Shown: positions 1-9,092 of the stretch, piece after piece
How the letters are laid out: every line of letters begins with the position of its first letter
How positions within the stretch are numbered: the stretch's first letter is position 1
Source of the DNA: Candidatus Poseidoniaceae archaeon
Lineage (GTDB): Archaea; Thermoplasmatota; Poseidoniia; Poseidoniales; Poseidoniaceae
Assembly: GCA_943788655.1 (NCBI GenBank)
Contig: CALSRB010000007.1
Coordinates: 82,439-146,438, forward strand
Length of the DNA stretch: 64,000 nucleotides
Direction of reading: 5' to 3'
Program-made: the position numbers and the translations under genes
The notes under the pieces: model-generated
Told to the model about the DNA's origin: nothing
Seen by the model: only the letters and a program-made list of their open reading frames with translations
Databases searched by the model: none

Positions 1-470
1 CAAGGGACCAAGACCGCCCTGATGATTGGGCTTTCATGTGCTGGGAATGTGAGACAAGTTTCACCTCTGGACTTGCTGACCTCGTCGAAGAACGAATGGC
101 AAACGGAACGCGCATCGTCATCGATGAAGACAAACCGCCACGGAACCCAGTCCCTCCTAAGCCTGCATCAATGGACTTCAGCAGCGTGAACGAACTGATT
201 CGGAAGGATTTGGAACAAACCGGTGCAACCGCTGACGAGATGACCAAGGTTGTCGAAGAAGGTGGTTTGACTGGTGGCCTCATGGACATCAACGATTGGA
301 TTGACCAAACGCTGGCTGCAAAGGAATACATTCAGGCACAAGAAGACCGAGAAGACTTCATCCTCCGAACTGGTGCTGGAGCAACGAAGTTCAACAAGTG
401 GATGAAGAAGGCAGGTTTGTTCTTCAACAAGCAAACCGGTCGTTGGACGCGCCACAAGGACATGCGATGA
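1..470 (+). CDS. Hypothetical protein with CxxC motif, 5'-truncated by the window edge
   Basis: Frame is open from position 3 (RDQDRPDDWAFMCWEC...) to TGA at 468-470; protein-like composition; immediately followed by the ferredoxin gene. Confidence 0.6.
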   Translation, partial: RDQDRPDDWAFMCWECETSFTSGLADLVEERMANGTRIVIDEDKPPRNPVPPKPASMDFSSVNELIRKDLEQTGATADEMTKVVEEGGLTGGLMDINDWIDQTLAAKEYIQAQEDREDFILRTGAGATKFNKWMKKAGLFFNKQTGRWTRHKDMR

Positions 471-480
471 GGTGTTTGTG

Positions 481-825
481 ATGTCCGCAAATGCGGTTGC
501 AGCAACCTTAGATCTCGATCCAAGCAGCGATGAAACAAAACCTGTGATTCGTTTCTTACAAGGACCCCATCTACTCGGACAAACACCCTTTGTGGCAGGA
601 AAAACTCTTGTCGAACATGCGATTGAAGCAGGTGTTGAGATTCCAACGAACTGTACCTCTGGCACATGTGGAGCATGCATGGTGACGTTGCTTTTGGGCG
701 ACATTCCCCTGCCCGACCCATTGCCACCAGGCCTTGATGATTTCATGGCGGAAGAAGGCGCACGCCTCGGCTGTATTGGCCTGCCAAACGGCGACGTTGA
801 TGTTGACATCCGACCACCGCTATGA
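481..825 (+). CDS. 2Fe-2S ferredoxin-domain protein
   Basis: C-x4-C-x2-C motif (CTSGTCGAC) plus distal RLGC; SD-like GAGGTG at 469-474 favours ATG 481. Confidence 0.88.
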   Translation: MSANAVAATLDLDPSSDETKPVIRFLQGPHLLGQTPFVAGKTLVEHAIEAGVEIPTNCTSGTCGACMVTLLLGDIPLPDPLPPGLDDFMAEEGARLGCIGLPNGDVDVDIRPPL

Positions 826-837
826 CGAGGGAGCGTT

Positions 838-1029
838 ATGTTCGAGGAATGGACCTATGTCGAATGGCTCATCCTTGCCGTGGATGTTGTTGCCGTTTAC
901 ATTGTGTTTGAATTTCTTCGACGAAAGGTCAAGCGGAAGTTAGAGGAAGTCGAACTCCGACAACGATACGCTCTTCATCAACGAAAAGCTTCGAGGGAAA
1001 AGTCACCTTCACAGTCCGAAGAGGACTGA
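838..1029 (+). CDS. Small single-TM hypothetical protein
   Basis: SD-like GAGGGAG upstream; hydrophobic N-terminal helix followed by a basic stretch. Confidence 0.6.
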   Translation: MFEEWTYVEWLILAVDVVAVYIVFEFLRRKVKRKLEEVELRQRYALHQRKASREKSPSQSEED

Positions 1030-1123
1030 AACCATCTTGTGATGAAAGTGGAGTGTGGTTTGTTGAAAACCTTCACGCAATAAACGCAGATGGTTCAAGA
1101 ACCGTAGACGCCCATCAACGGCT

Positions 1124-2386
1124 ATGACGGGGCGGGGCGAGGTGACGACTGGCCCGCTCCCAGTTGGTCAATTTGTGACCTTGGTGAAGCGCGCCCTCAC
1201 CAGCGAACCGTTGTTCCAACGACAAGCCATTAAAGGTGAAGTTTCGCAGTGGAAATCCTATGCATCAGGCCACACCTACTTCACGCTCAGAGACAACGAT
1301 GGGCAGATGAGTGCCGTCATTTGGAAGGGGCGCTGTGCAATTCATCCTTCAATTAAGGAAGGCACAGAAGTTGTGGTCACTGCCAACGTCGATGTCTATG
1401 TCAAACGAGGCAACATCCAGCTCATCGTCGAACGAATTGAACCGGTGAATGCCTTAGGTGCAATGGAAGAGGCAAAGCGCTTGTTGGTTGAACGACTTCG
1501 CAATGAAGGCGAACTTGACCGCCCAAGAATCCGCCCTCCTGTGATTCCAAAGCACATTGCAATCGTTACTGGCGCAGGTTCAGCAGCCCTTTCTGACATG
1601 CAACAACTGATTGAGAACCGGTGGCCAGGATTGCGCCGAACGGTCATTGGTGTGCTGGTTCAAGGTCAGCGAGCAAGTGAAGAGATTGTTCGAGCACTGG
1701 CCCTTACCCGCCGATTGGCAGACCCAGTTGTTGCGGCACAACGAGGTGAGCCACCCGTCGATCTTGTCATCGTGGGTCGCGGTGGAGGCTCGCCTGAAGA
1801 TTTGTGGGCGTTCAACCTCGAACCTGTGATTCGTTCCATCATAGCAAGCCCGATACCTGTCGTCTCCGCCGTTGGCCATGAATCAGACCTTCTGGTCGCC
1901 GATCTCGTGGCTGATGTACGGGCCTCAACGCCATCGAATGCGATTGAACGAACGGTCCCCGTTCGGGCCGAACTTGAGCAATGGTTGGACGAACTCGACG
2001 AACGCCTCGCCCATGCCACACGCCGAACTTTTGGAGATGCAAGGCAACGCCTGATTGGGCTTCATGCACGGTTGAAAGTCGCACCGTTAGCCGGTATTAA
2101 CGTGGAACGTCGTTCCATCCTCTCGCTGCAGTCAAGGCTCAACAGAACGACTGAGAGCAAACTTGCAAACGAGCGAACACGCTTAGCGAGCATCGAAGCA
2201 AGCCTCCACACAATTCACCCAAAGCGCGTCCTCGAGCGTGGCTATGCAATGACACAAACCAAAGATGGCGCCGTGGTGAGCAATACCAAAATGCTTGAAC
2301 CCGGACAAGAGTTTAGCCTGCATTTTGTCGATGGAAGTGCCGAGGCTATGGTCACCAAAATTCACACCATGGAGGAAGAACAATGA
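1124..2386 (+). CDS. xseA: Exodeoxyribonuclease VII large subunit
   Basis: OB-fold GEVS..SGHTYFTLRD; IVGRGGGSPEDLWAFN; PVVSAVGHESD; DVRASTPS; VLERGYA. Confidence 0.96.
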   Translation: MTGRGEVTTGPLPVGQFVTLVKRALTSEPLFQRQAIKGEVSQWKSYASGHTYFTLRDNDGQMSAVIWKGRCAIHPSIKEGTEVVVTANVDVYVKRGNIQLIVERIEPVNALGAMEEAKRLLVERLRNEGELDRPRIRPPVIPKHIAIVTGAGSAALSDMQQLIENRWPGLRRTVIGVLVQGQRASEEIVRALALTRRLADPVVAAQRGEPPVDLVIVGRGGGSPEDLWAFNLEPVIRSIIASPIPVVSAVGHESDLLVADLVADVRASTPSNAIERTVPVRAELEQWLDELDERLAHATRRTFGDARQRLIGLHARLKVAPLAGINVERRSILSLQSRLNRTTESKLANERTRLASIEASLHTIHPKRVLERGYAMTQTKDGAVVSNTKMLEPGQEFSLHFVDGSAEAMVTKIHTMEEEQ

Positions 2387-2607
2387 CAGAAAGCAAACAG
2401 ACATACAACGAAGCAGCACAACGGTTGGAAGCCATCGTCGCCACCTTAGAAAGGGGCGGAATGGGTTTGGATGAAACTCTGAAAATGTATGAAGAGGGTG
2501 CAGCCTTGCTCAAAACATGTCAGGCAGAACTGATCGCTGCTGAAGGACGATTGAATGAATTGCGACTCGATGACTTGGAGCAAGAACTTCAAACGGAAGC
2601 GCCCTAA
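2383..2607 (+). CDS. xseB: Exodeoxyribonuclease VII small subunit
   Basis: TYNEAAQRLEAIVATLERG..LDETLKMYEEG..L..CQAEL..AE; ATGA overlap with xseA. Confidence 0.95.
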   Translation: MTESKQTYNEAAQRLEAIVATLERGGMGLDETLKMYEEGAALLKTCQAELIAAEGRLNELRLDDLEQELQTEAP

Positions 2608-2633
2608 ACATCGCGCAACACGAGGTGCCCAAG

Positions 2634-2933
2634 ATGAAGCCACGCCACTATCAAGCCCTTTCCAGAAGGGTGGTGCGGATGCTCAATGGCTGGAAAGACC
2701 CGCACAATGAGGTGGCTTACACGGCTACGAAAGCGATGAGTGCAATCGAGATTGGCCAAGATGGTCACATCGAGATGACCATTCAACCCGCTCGCCCGCA
2801 TTGCCCATGCTGCTTACTGGACCTGCGTTCGCTGCATCAAAAGACAGCATCGATCAAAGGCGTCACCAACGTTACAATCACGGTGACGGGTGTGCCTGCT
2901 TCTGAGCGTTGGACTCGAGAAGTGAACGGTTGA
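2634..2933 (+). CDS. DUF59 / FeS-assembly (SufT/PaaD-like) small protein
   Basis: L..WKDP, a PHCPCC loop and a terminal GV.NV.I beta-strand fit the DUF59 pattern; SD GAGGTG at 2622-2627. Confidence 0.55.
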   Translation: MKPRHYQALSRRVVRMLNGWKDPHNEVAYTATKAMSAIEIGQDGHIEMTIQPARPHCPCCLLDLRSLHQKTASIKGVTNVTITVTGVPASERWTREVNG

Positions 2934-3744
2934 GGCTTCTTCGACGCAACAGAAAGAACATCGGAATCGACCACCCACCGACGGACCCAGCCCATGCAAT
3001 GATGGAACCGATGAAGATTCCATACGATGGTATCGACCACATAACAATCAGAGCGTACACGGCCACACTCACGCCACCAAGCATCATCGGCCCTGCCGCA
3101 CCTTGGGGGACTGTTTCCCCTTGTGCAAGCCAGAGAGCCACCATACTGGTCAAGAAAATAGCAGGGAACACGGCCGCAAGACCTGCCAACAAAGGTTGGC
3201 CTTGACCGGCAAGCCAAACGGCGCAGCCAATCGCAATGGCTGCGGCAGAACCCCTTCCCACAAGGATGGGCCAGCGAACATGTTGACTGCCTTTTGGCGC
3301 TGCCTTGGGTTCCCAATTGAAGCGGATTGCAAGCGCAATCAAGAGCCCGAGTCCAAGACTGCCCACAAACCAATTTGACATCCCAGCATCGAGCATCTGG
3401 TCGATCACAAGAAGCAACAGAACGCCGGCACACGCCCAAACGGCAAGAGATGCTACGGTGGTGGCAATCAACGGACGTTGGGTTGACATCTTCGGCGGGA
3501 GCACGACCCACACGGCGAGAAAGAGCGCATTGAGGAGCATACCAAGAGGAACAATGGCCATGCTTTCCATCAGTTGTTCTTCATTCCCTGAAAGGTGCAT
3601 TCCAGCTGCGGCTGGAACAATCGTCGATGGAACGGTGCCGAGCACGCCTCCAACAAGTCCCCCCCACCGTTCGATGGCAAGCGTGACGCATGTTGCGACA
3701 AGTCCTGCAAAAAGTGCTGAGATGAGAACTGAGGAAGCAAGCAT
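2878..3744 (-). CDS. Multi-pass membrane protein with two internal repeats (DUF3147-like)
   Basis: About 8 hydrophobic helices; repeated G.L...P motifs (GGVLGTVPST / AGLAAVFPAI); follows trx in the same orientation. Confidence 0.65.
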   Translation of the reverse strand: MLASSVLISALFAGLVATCVTLAIERWGGLVGGVLGTVPSTIVPAAAGMHLSGNEEQLMESMAIVPLGMLLNALFLAVWVVLPPKMSTQRPLIATTVASLAVWACAGVLLLLVIDQMLDAGMSNWFVGSLGLGLLIALAIRFNWEPKAAPKGSQHVRWPILVGRGSAAAIAIGCAVWLAGQGQPLLAGLAAVFPAIFLTSMVALWLAQGETVPQGAAGPMMLGGVSVAVYALIVMWSIPSYGIFIGSIIAWAGSVGGWSIPMFFLLRRRSLNRSLLESNAQKQAHPSP

Positions 3745-3747
3745 GGA

Positions 3748-4086
3748 TCACAGGTACCGATTTAATCGGTTGACCAAGCGATCGATGTTGCCACCAGCCC
3801 ATTCTTTGACTCGCTCCCCGTTCACGAAGATGGCGTTGTAAGGGAGGACATCGACTTCAGCCACCCACGGTTGAGCGATTTTGAATCGCCCAAGGCCGGG
3901 TGTATCGAGGAGAAGTTTTCCAAAACGGACTTGCTCTGGGGCTTCGCCGCTACCGAGGTAAGCAGACAAATCCTCTGTCCATGTCTCGCATGCTGCGCAT
4001 CCATTCTTTCCGAGCATCAACACGGCAACTGGAGCAGAGAGGAAATCCTCCCAAGTAGCGCGGTCGAGCATCTCAAGTTCTGGCAT
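3748..4086 (-). CDS. Thioredoxin-fold protein
   Basis: CAAC motif, cis-Pro region VDVLPY..IFVNGERV; SD AGGAGGT upstream. Confidence 0.8.
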   Translation of the reverse strand: MPELEMLDRATWEDFLSAPVAVLMLGKNGCAACETWTEDLSAYLGSGEAPEQVRFGKLLLDTPGLGRFKIAQPWVAEVDVLPYNAIFVNGERVKEWAGGNIDRLVNRLNRYL

Positions 4087-4119
4087 GTTGTAACCTCCTT
4101 GCGTTGCGTTGCGAGGTGA

Positions 4120-4647
4120 TCAAGCAGCGTAGTCGTCGCCCTTCTTCCAGTTGGCGCCACAAAGGCCGCCTGCCATGGTTGCTTGAGCGGTTCGGAGAAC
4201 TTCTGCTGGGGAACGTCCTGCGTCCATGTTGTTGATGGACCACATCTGGACCTTGCCTTCATCGTCGACGAGGACGGTTCCGCGGAATGAGCATCCGAGA
4301 GCGTCGTTTCGCATGCCGAAGTCACGGGTGATGTCTTGAGTGCAGTCTGCAATGACGTTGTGGTTGACGCCGCCTGGGAAGATGGTTTCATCCTTGAACC
4401 AAGCGTTGTGGGAGTGCCATGAGTCGGTTGAGCATCCGATCACGGTGATGCCGTCGTCTTCGAATTCTTCCTTGAGTTGTTCAAAGCCGACAATCTCAGT
4501 AGGGCAGATGAATGTGAAATCGAAGGGGTACCAGTACATGAGGTACCACTTACCCTTCATGTCGTCGCTGCTAATGTTGACGCTTTCTCCGCTGATGTAG
4601 GTGCGGGCGTTCCAGGCCGGTGCGGGTTTTCCAATCATGTTCTCCAT
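4120..4647 (-). CDS. ahpC: Typical 2-Cys peroxiredoxin (AhpC/TSA family)
   Basis: YPFDFTFICPTEI, STDSWHSH.AW, GRS..EVLR, resolving LCGANWKKG. Confidence 0.93.
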   Translation of the reverse strand: MENMIGKPAPAWNARTYISGESVNISSDDMKGKWYLMYWYPFDFTFICPTEIVGFEQLKEEFEDDGITVIGCSTDSWHSHNAWFKDETIFPGGVNHNVIADCTQDITRDFGMRNDALGCSFRGTVLVDDEGKVQMWSINNMDAGRSPAEVLRTAQATMAGGLCGANWKKGDDYAA

Positions 4648-4713
4648 GTTATTTCCTCAGCCTTTCCAAAGAGCGGAGGTATAAGAACACGGTGGCGAAG
4701 ACCGATTGCAATT

Positions 4714-5502
4714 TCATTCGAACGGATCGAGGTGGACAATTTGTTCGACATCGATGCGCTTGTAGCCTCGTTCTCGGGCTGCTTCAGCCGCTTTGCTCAA
4801 CATTGCCCGCATCCAACCGAGGGACATCAAGGTCTTCATTCGACCAATTGATTCGATGAATTGAACTGGATTTCCACCTAACTGGGCGTGCTTACGAATG
4901 TCTGATTCAAGTTGTTCTACCACCATATAATACGTTTCAAGAAGCTCTACCACAGCATCACGAGTCACTGGCATCTTCGCATGAGTTTTGGCGAGGGAAA
5001 GCAGGGATGACTCGGTCAACACACCTCCACCCTGGCTGATAACGAAATCTTCGGTTGGGATCGCTTCGACTGCTTGTTCAACATCGCCATCGTCATCGAG
5101 GCCCATGCCTTGGATGGCAATTTCAAGATGACGAGGTTTGATGGTTGCAACGCGGTCTTTTTCTGCGGCCGCTTCTGCGTGCTTAATCATCGCCGCCAGG
5201 TGACGTTCAATGTGTTCAATGCCAGCTTGGACGGCGGCTGAACCAACGGATTCAACGGAACCCAGCTGGTCGATCATGAGTTCCCGAGTTCGGTTGTAAT
5301 TCAGACGGGTTCGGTTCGCATCGTCAAGCGTTTTCCGGTCTGGGTCTTGTGCCAATGTTGCCTGCTCCATCTCTGGAACAAGGCGTTCGATTTCTTCACA
5401 TACCAACTCAACAAGCCGTTCTTTCACGGCTCCTGCAAGGCGCATTTCCGTGTAGTTTGATGCGACTGCACCGATGTGTCCCGAGGAATAGGGCTTGGCC
5501 AT
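4714..5502 (-). CDS. Multi-histone-fold protein (about three tandem folds)
   Basis: Repeated alpha1-L1-alpha2-L2-alpha3 patterns ending in RKTL, ATIKPRHLEIAI and GYKRIDVEQI. Confidence 0.7.
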   Translation of the reverse strand: MAKPYSSGHIGAVASNYTEMRLAGAVKERLVELVCEEIERLVPEMEQATLAQDPDRKTLDDANRTRLNYNRTRELMIDQLGSVESVGSAAVQAGIEHIERHLAAMIKHAEAAAEKDRVATIKPRHLEIAIQGMGLDDDGDVEQAVEAIPTEDFVISQGGGVLTESSLLSLAKTHAKMPVTRDAVVELLETYYMVVEQLESDIRKHAQLGGNPVQFIESIGRMKTLMSLGWMRAMLSKAAEAARERGYKRIDVEQIVHLDPFE

Positions 5503-5558
5503 ACCCCCGACTCAGCGAGGAAGCATATTGAACACTATGGTCGTTCAAGATGGCGACT

Positions 5559-5825
5559 TCATTCCGTCAGTCCATCTTCACGGCTCATTGCTTGGGAGAT
5601 TTCCCAAGCGTGGAGGCATTCATGACCGCCCAAAAAACCGCCCGCTTCACGACTGGGCCCGACGAATTCTGAACCACAGAATTGACAGAAGACCGCAACA
5701 ATTGGCTCATTGTAATACGTACCATTCGGCGTGCTGCGCTTTGGAATTCGCTTGCCTACATCTTCGTGAGTCCATCCTTCGAGTTTCTCACATACATCGC
5801 TGTCTACGTGTTCTTGTTCAGTCAT
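5559..5825 (-). CDS. Small protein with C2H2-type zinc finger
   Basis: CQFC-x17-HECLH; starts 2 nt after the M24 peptidase stop. Confidence 0.6.
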   Translation of the reverse strand: MTEQEHVDSDVCEKLEGWTHEDVGKRIPKRSTPNGTYYNEPIVAVFCQFCGSEFVGPSREAGGFLGGHECLHAWEISQAMSREDGLTE

Positions 5826-5827
5826 CT

Positions 5828-7105
5828 TCACCACTCCGTAATGGCGGGCCAAAGCCCATCTGCTGTGATGGGACGCATGCCGTCCTCATCTCGAATCCAT
5901 GTATCTTCTGTTCCGATGCTGCCTTCGGCATGAACCACCTTTGGCTCGATTGCCATGGTTGCTCCAATCGGCAGCGGGCGCTCAAATCCTTTGGCAACGA
6001 CGGGTGACTCGTCGAGTTGAAGGCCGACTGAGTGGCCAAGGAAACGGCTCTGATCGGGCGCCATGCCCATCAAGTGTGAAGCATGACCAAACTCATTTGC
6101 CAGTGCAAAGCCCTCATCCCAAGCTTCGCTGCATAAACCACCACGGTCAAGCACATCGACCACTGTATCCTTGACAGCAACCATGTCTTCGAGCCGCGAG
6201 ACCCACGCTGCATCTAATGAGCCTGCTACGAACATTCTCGTCATGTCGACGATGTAACCTCGATGGGCGTGAACAAGATCAACGAGAACTGGTTCGTTCG
6301 CTTTAATTCGTGTGAATCCTGAACCCATTCCGTTGAGGGGGTGGGCGCCTGTACCACCAACTGCCGAATCGAAAAATGATGGAATCCCACCCGCCCGACC
6401 TGCAACGATGACGCCACGGTCACATTGGAGCGGGAAGCGGCGCATATGAATGTGGCCGCCGAAGCCTTCTGAGCGACTCACCGCCTCTGCTGCTGCAACC
6501 AATTCGAGTTCGGTGATTCCTTCTCCACCGACGGCTTGGACCGCTTCGAACATACGCAGTTGGACATCTGCGGCGGCGTTCATCTGATCTTGTTCCCACG
6601 AAGATTTCACTTCACGTTGAGCGTGTACGATGCCTGTGACATCAGGGCAGGCACCAAGGGGTGAAAGCGCACTGACGAATCGATCTGAGTAGGTCTTCGG
6701 AACTTCTCCGAACTGAAGTCCAGGGGCTGCAGTAACCCCTCGCTGCTTCAAAACTTCTGAGAATTCCTTCATCCGTGGAAAAACCACAACTTCGTGCGGG
6801 CAATCTGAGCCGCCACCCTCGAACAAAGCTCGTTGGAGGGACCTGCGAACGAACAAGACTGGCCCGTTTCCTCCAGCCTCAGTGCTCCCACCCGCACCTT
6901 GTGCTGGAATGAACATTGAAGCGTTCTGACGACCGCCTGCAAAGTAATACAAGTCGACGGGGTGTTGGAGCAGTGCCCCAGCCACGCCGGCTGCTGAAAG
7001 CAACCGTCCGAGTTCAACTTGCCGTGCCGCTAACTCCGAGACTGGCACTCGCCAATCCTCACCATCGGGGCCGGTCAAATCCGCCACATCCCATCCGGTC
7101 ATCAA
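5828..7105 (-). CDS. Xaa-Pro aminopeptidase (M24 family)
   Basis: Creatinase-like N-domain DLYYFAG; metal ligands VDL..GYIVDMTR, GHSVGL..DE.P, AIEP, GTEDT. Confidence 0.92.
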   Translation of the reverse strand: MMTGWDVADLTGPDGEDWRVPVSELAARQVELGRLLSAAGVAGALLQHPVDLYYFAGGRQNASMFIPAQGAGGSTEAGGNGPVLFVRRSLQRALFEGGGSDCPHEVVVFPRMKEFSEVLKQRGVTAAPGLQFGEVPKTYSDRFVSALSPLGACPDVTGIVHAQREVKSSWEQDQMNAAADVQLRMFEAVQAVGGEGITELELVAAAEAVSRSEGFGGHIHMRRFPLQCDRGVIVAGRAGGIPSFFDSAVGGTGAHPLNGMGSGFTRIKANEPVLVDLVHAHRGYIVDMTRMFVAGSLDAAWVSRLEDMVAVKDTVVDVLDRGGLCSEAWDEGFALANEFGHASHLMGMAPDQSRFLGHSVGLQLDESPVVAKGFERPLPIGATMAIEPKVVHAEGSIGTEDTWIRDEDGMRPITADGLWPAITEW

Positions 7106-7208
7106 GCAGATGTGAATGTCAGCCGTTCAAAATGGCTCCGATTCATCCGAACGGTTTTCCTGCACTGTGCCCCTAAATGTTGATAACCACCCTTCTTATG
7201 AGGTAACC

Positions 7209-8015
7209 ATGCACATTGCGAGTAAAATCACCCTTATTCTTGGCGCGCTGATCTTCGTTGGGAGCATTGCCGGCGTTGTGATTGCCGGAGTGTCGTTGAC
7301 TGATGCCGGCTACCAAGAGGAAGTGTACGTTGATCGCTCGATGAGCCAGACATTCACCATTCAAGAAAACAAATCATGGGATGTTTCCATCTATGTGATT
7401 CACCCTGTGGACTGTGATACACTCGATCTCAGCATCGTAGACAGCGATGGCGACCAGGTCAAATCTGCTTCCTGCAGGCTCGATGGAGGTCAAGGCAATG
7501 AAGAGTTCTATCCAGATGGCAGTGAGGAATTCTATGGCACCATGGACCATAACACCGAAGGCATGCAGTACACGCTCGAGAGCAATGTAGAAGTCAGCAT
7601 ACGTGGCAGTTATTGTGACCAAGCATGCGAAGAAGCAATTGGTGGAGGTATCCTTGCGGGGGCAGGTGGATTCTTTGGATTCTGCTGTTCTGTTCCACTC
7701 CTTGTTCTTGGCATCATTCTTGCCCTGGTTCTTGACGACCCCAAGCAAAACATCGTCATGCCGACGGGGCAAATGCTACCAGGTCAAGCGGTCTACCAAG
7801 CGCCGGTCGGCCAAAACATCCAGCAAGGATATGGGCAACCGATGCAACAAATGGGTGGACAACAACCACAGATCACGCCTCCACTGACCCAGCAGGCACA
7901 ACAACCACAAATCACGCCTCCGCTGACCCAACAGCAGCCCCAACAGGCACAGCAATCACAAATCACACCCCCAATCTCTGAGCAGCCTGCTCAGAACCCT
8001 TGGGACAACCTTTGA
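7209..8015 (+). CDS. Two-TM membrane protein with Gln/Pro-rich cytoplasmic tail
   Basis: SD GAGGT before ATG 7209; N-terminal and late TM helices; low-complexity tail. Confidence 0.75.
   Translation: MHIASKITLILGALIFVGSIAGVVIAGVSLTDAGYQEEVYVDRSMSQTFTIQENKSWDVSIYVIHPVDCDTLDLSIVDSDGDQVKSASCRLDGGQGNEEFYPDGSEEFYGTMDHNTEGMQYTLESNVEVSIRGSYCDQACEEAIGGGILAGAGGFFGFCCSVPLLVLGIILALVLDDPKQNIVMPTGQMLPGQAVYQAPVGQNIQQGYGQPMQQMGGQQPQITPPLTQQAQQPQITPPLTQQQPQQAQQSQITPPISEQPAQNPWDNL
7863..7975 (+). repeat. Imperfect intragenic tandem repeat, 3 x Q(P/S)QITPP(L/I)
   Basis: caaccacagatcacgcctcca / caaccacaaatcacgcctccg / caatcacaaatcacaccccca. Confidence 0.85.
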
Positions 8016-8022
8016 AACCGGT

Positions 8023-8979
8023 TCAAACCTGTACTTCGGGTGCAACCCATGCCTCGGTGGTATCGAGCCGTTGCTGTGCAATTTCGCAGTATGAATCTGA
8101 AAGATCAACGCCGACATAGGTTCGCCCAGTGGCTTTTGCTGCAACGCATGTTGTGCCCGAACCATTGAATGGATCGAGAACGACATCACCAACGAAACTG
8201 TACATTTCGATGCATCGCTTTGGAAGTTCAACAGGGAACGGAGCTGGGTGGTTGACTCGCGATGCACGCTCTGTCGCAAAGGACCAGATTGATTTCGTGT
8301 GTTTGATGAAATCGTCACGAGGGATGGTGTCGATGCGACCCTCAGCGCGTTCTTTCTTGTCCCGCTTGAGTTTGTAGTCACCCTTTGAGAACACCAGCAG
8401 GTATTCGTGGACGTCGCGCAGGCAAGGGTTGCTTGCGCTCTGGAATGAACCCCATGCGCAAGAAGAGCCTGCGCTTGCTGATTTGTCCCAAATGATTTCG
8501 CCTCGCATCAAGAAACCAATTTCAGCCATCATTACGTTGATGTGGCTCGAGAGAGGAATGTACGGCTTTCTTCCGAGATTGGCGACATTGACAACCATGC
8601 GTCCCCCGGGTGCAAGCACCCTGTAACATTCGGCAAACACACCGTGCAAGAGGTTGAGGTATTCGCCGAGCGAGAGATCTTCATCGTATTCCTTGCTGGC
8701 GTTGTAGGGCGGAGAAGTCACCACAAGGTGAACGCAATTGTCTGGCAAGTCAAGGTTTCTTGAATCACCTGAAATGATGCTGTTGGCCATGGTTGGTGGA
8801 AGGGGTTGTTCATCGCCAACCTCACGGCTTGAAACAAGGCCCTCGTTGACCCGACTGCCATAGTAGGTCGAAGCGTCGTGGCCTTCACGCCGAGAGACCC
8901 CGAACGAAGAGGTGCTGGTGCTGGCTCGGCGCCGTGCCCCCTCCAATGATGTGTCCCTTTCGGGTGCTTCGCGCGCCAT
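8023..8979 (-). CDS. Site-specific DNA methyltransferase, beta class (N4-C/N6-A), apparently orphan
   Basis: Motif IV VTSPPY precedes HPAPFP and motif I VLDPFNGSGTT. Confidence 0.92.
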   Translation of the reverse strand: MAREAPERDTSLEGARRRASTSTSSFGVSRREGHDASTYYGSRVNEGLVSSREVGDEQPLPPTMANSIISGDSRNLDLPDNCVHLVVTSPPYNASKEYDEDLSLGEYLNLLHGVFAECYRVLAPGGRMVVNVANLGRKPYIPLSSHINVMMAEIGFLMRGEIIWDKSASAGSSCAWGSFQSASNPCLRDVHEYLLVFSKGDYKLKRDKKERAEGRIDTIPRDDFIKHTKSIWSFATERASRVNHPAPFPVELPKRCIEMYSFVGDVVLDPFNGSGTTCVAAKATGRTYVGVDLSDSYCEIAQQRLDTTEAWVAPEVQV

Positions 8980-9092
8980 CCTTCAGAAGCGGTGTTCGCG
9001 GCTTTATCACCTTTCGGCCCGGCAACCACCCGAAGACGCGCGATTTGCGAGGGCAAAGCGATGCCCAACAAACGCCAACTTGATGCGTGGGG

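Noticed and set aside
168-809. Long antisense or overlapping ORFs (e.g. 168-809, 2837-3511, 8885-9514, 16930-17541, 26433-27089)
   Set aside because: They shadow well-supported genes on the other strand or frame and show no recognisable motifs; this is expected from codon bias
2878-4647. Consecutive genes in frame across single TGA stops (ahpC-trx-membrane protein; also 35672/35682 and 47413/47423), suggesting readthrough or selenocysteine
   Set aside because: Each junction has a 1-in-3 chance of being in frame, several downstream genes have their own SD and start codon, and I saw no SECIS-like element
7863-7975. Tandem repeats as a possible CRISPR array
   Set aside because: Degenerate at synonymous positions, in frame within a CDS, with no spacers of CRISPR size and no cas genes
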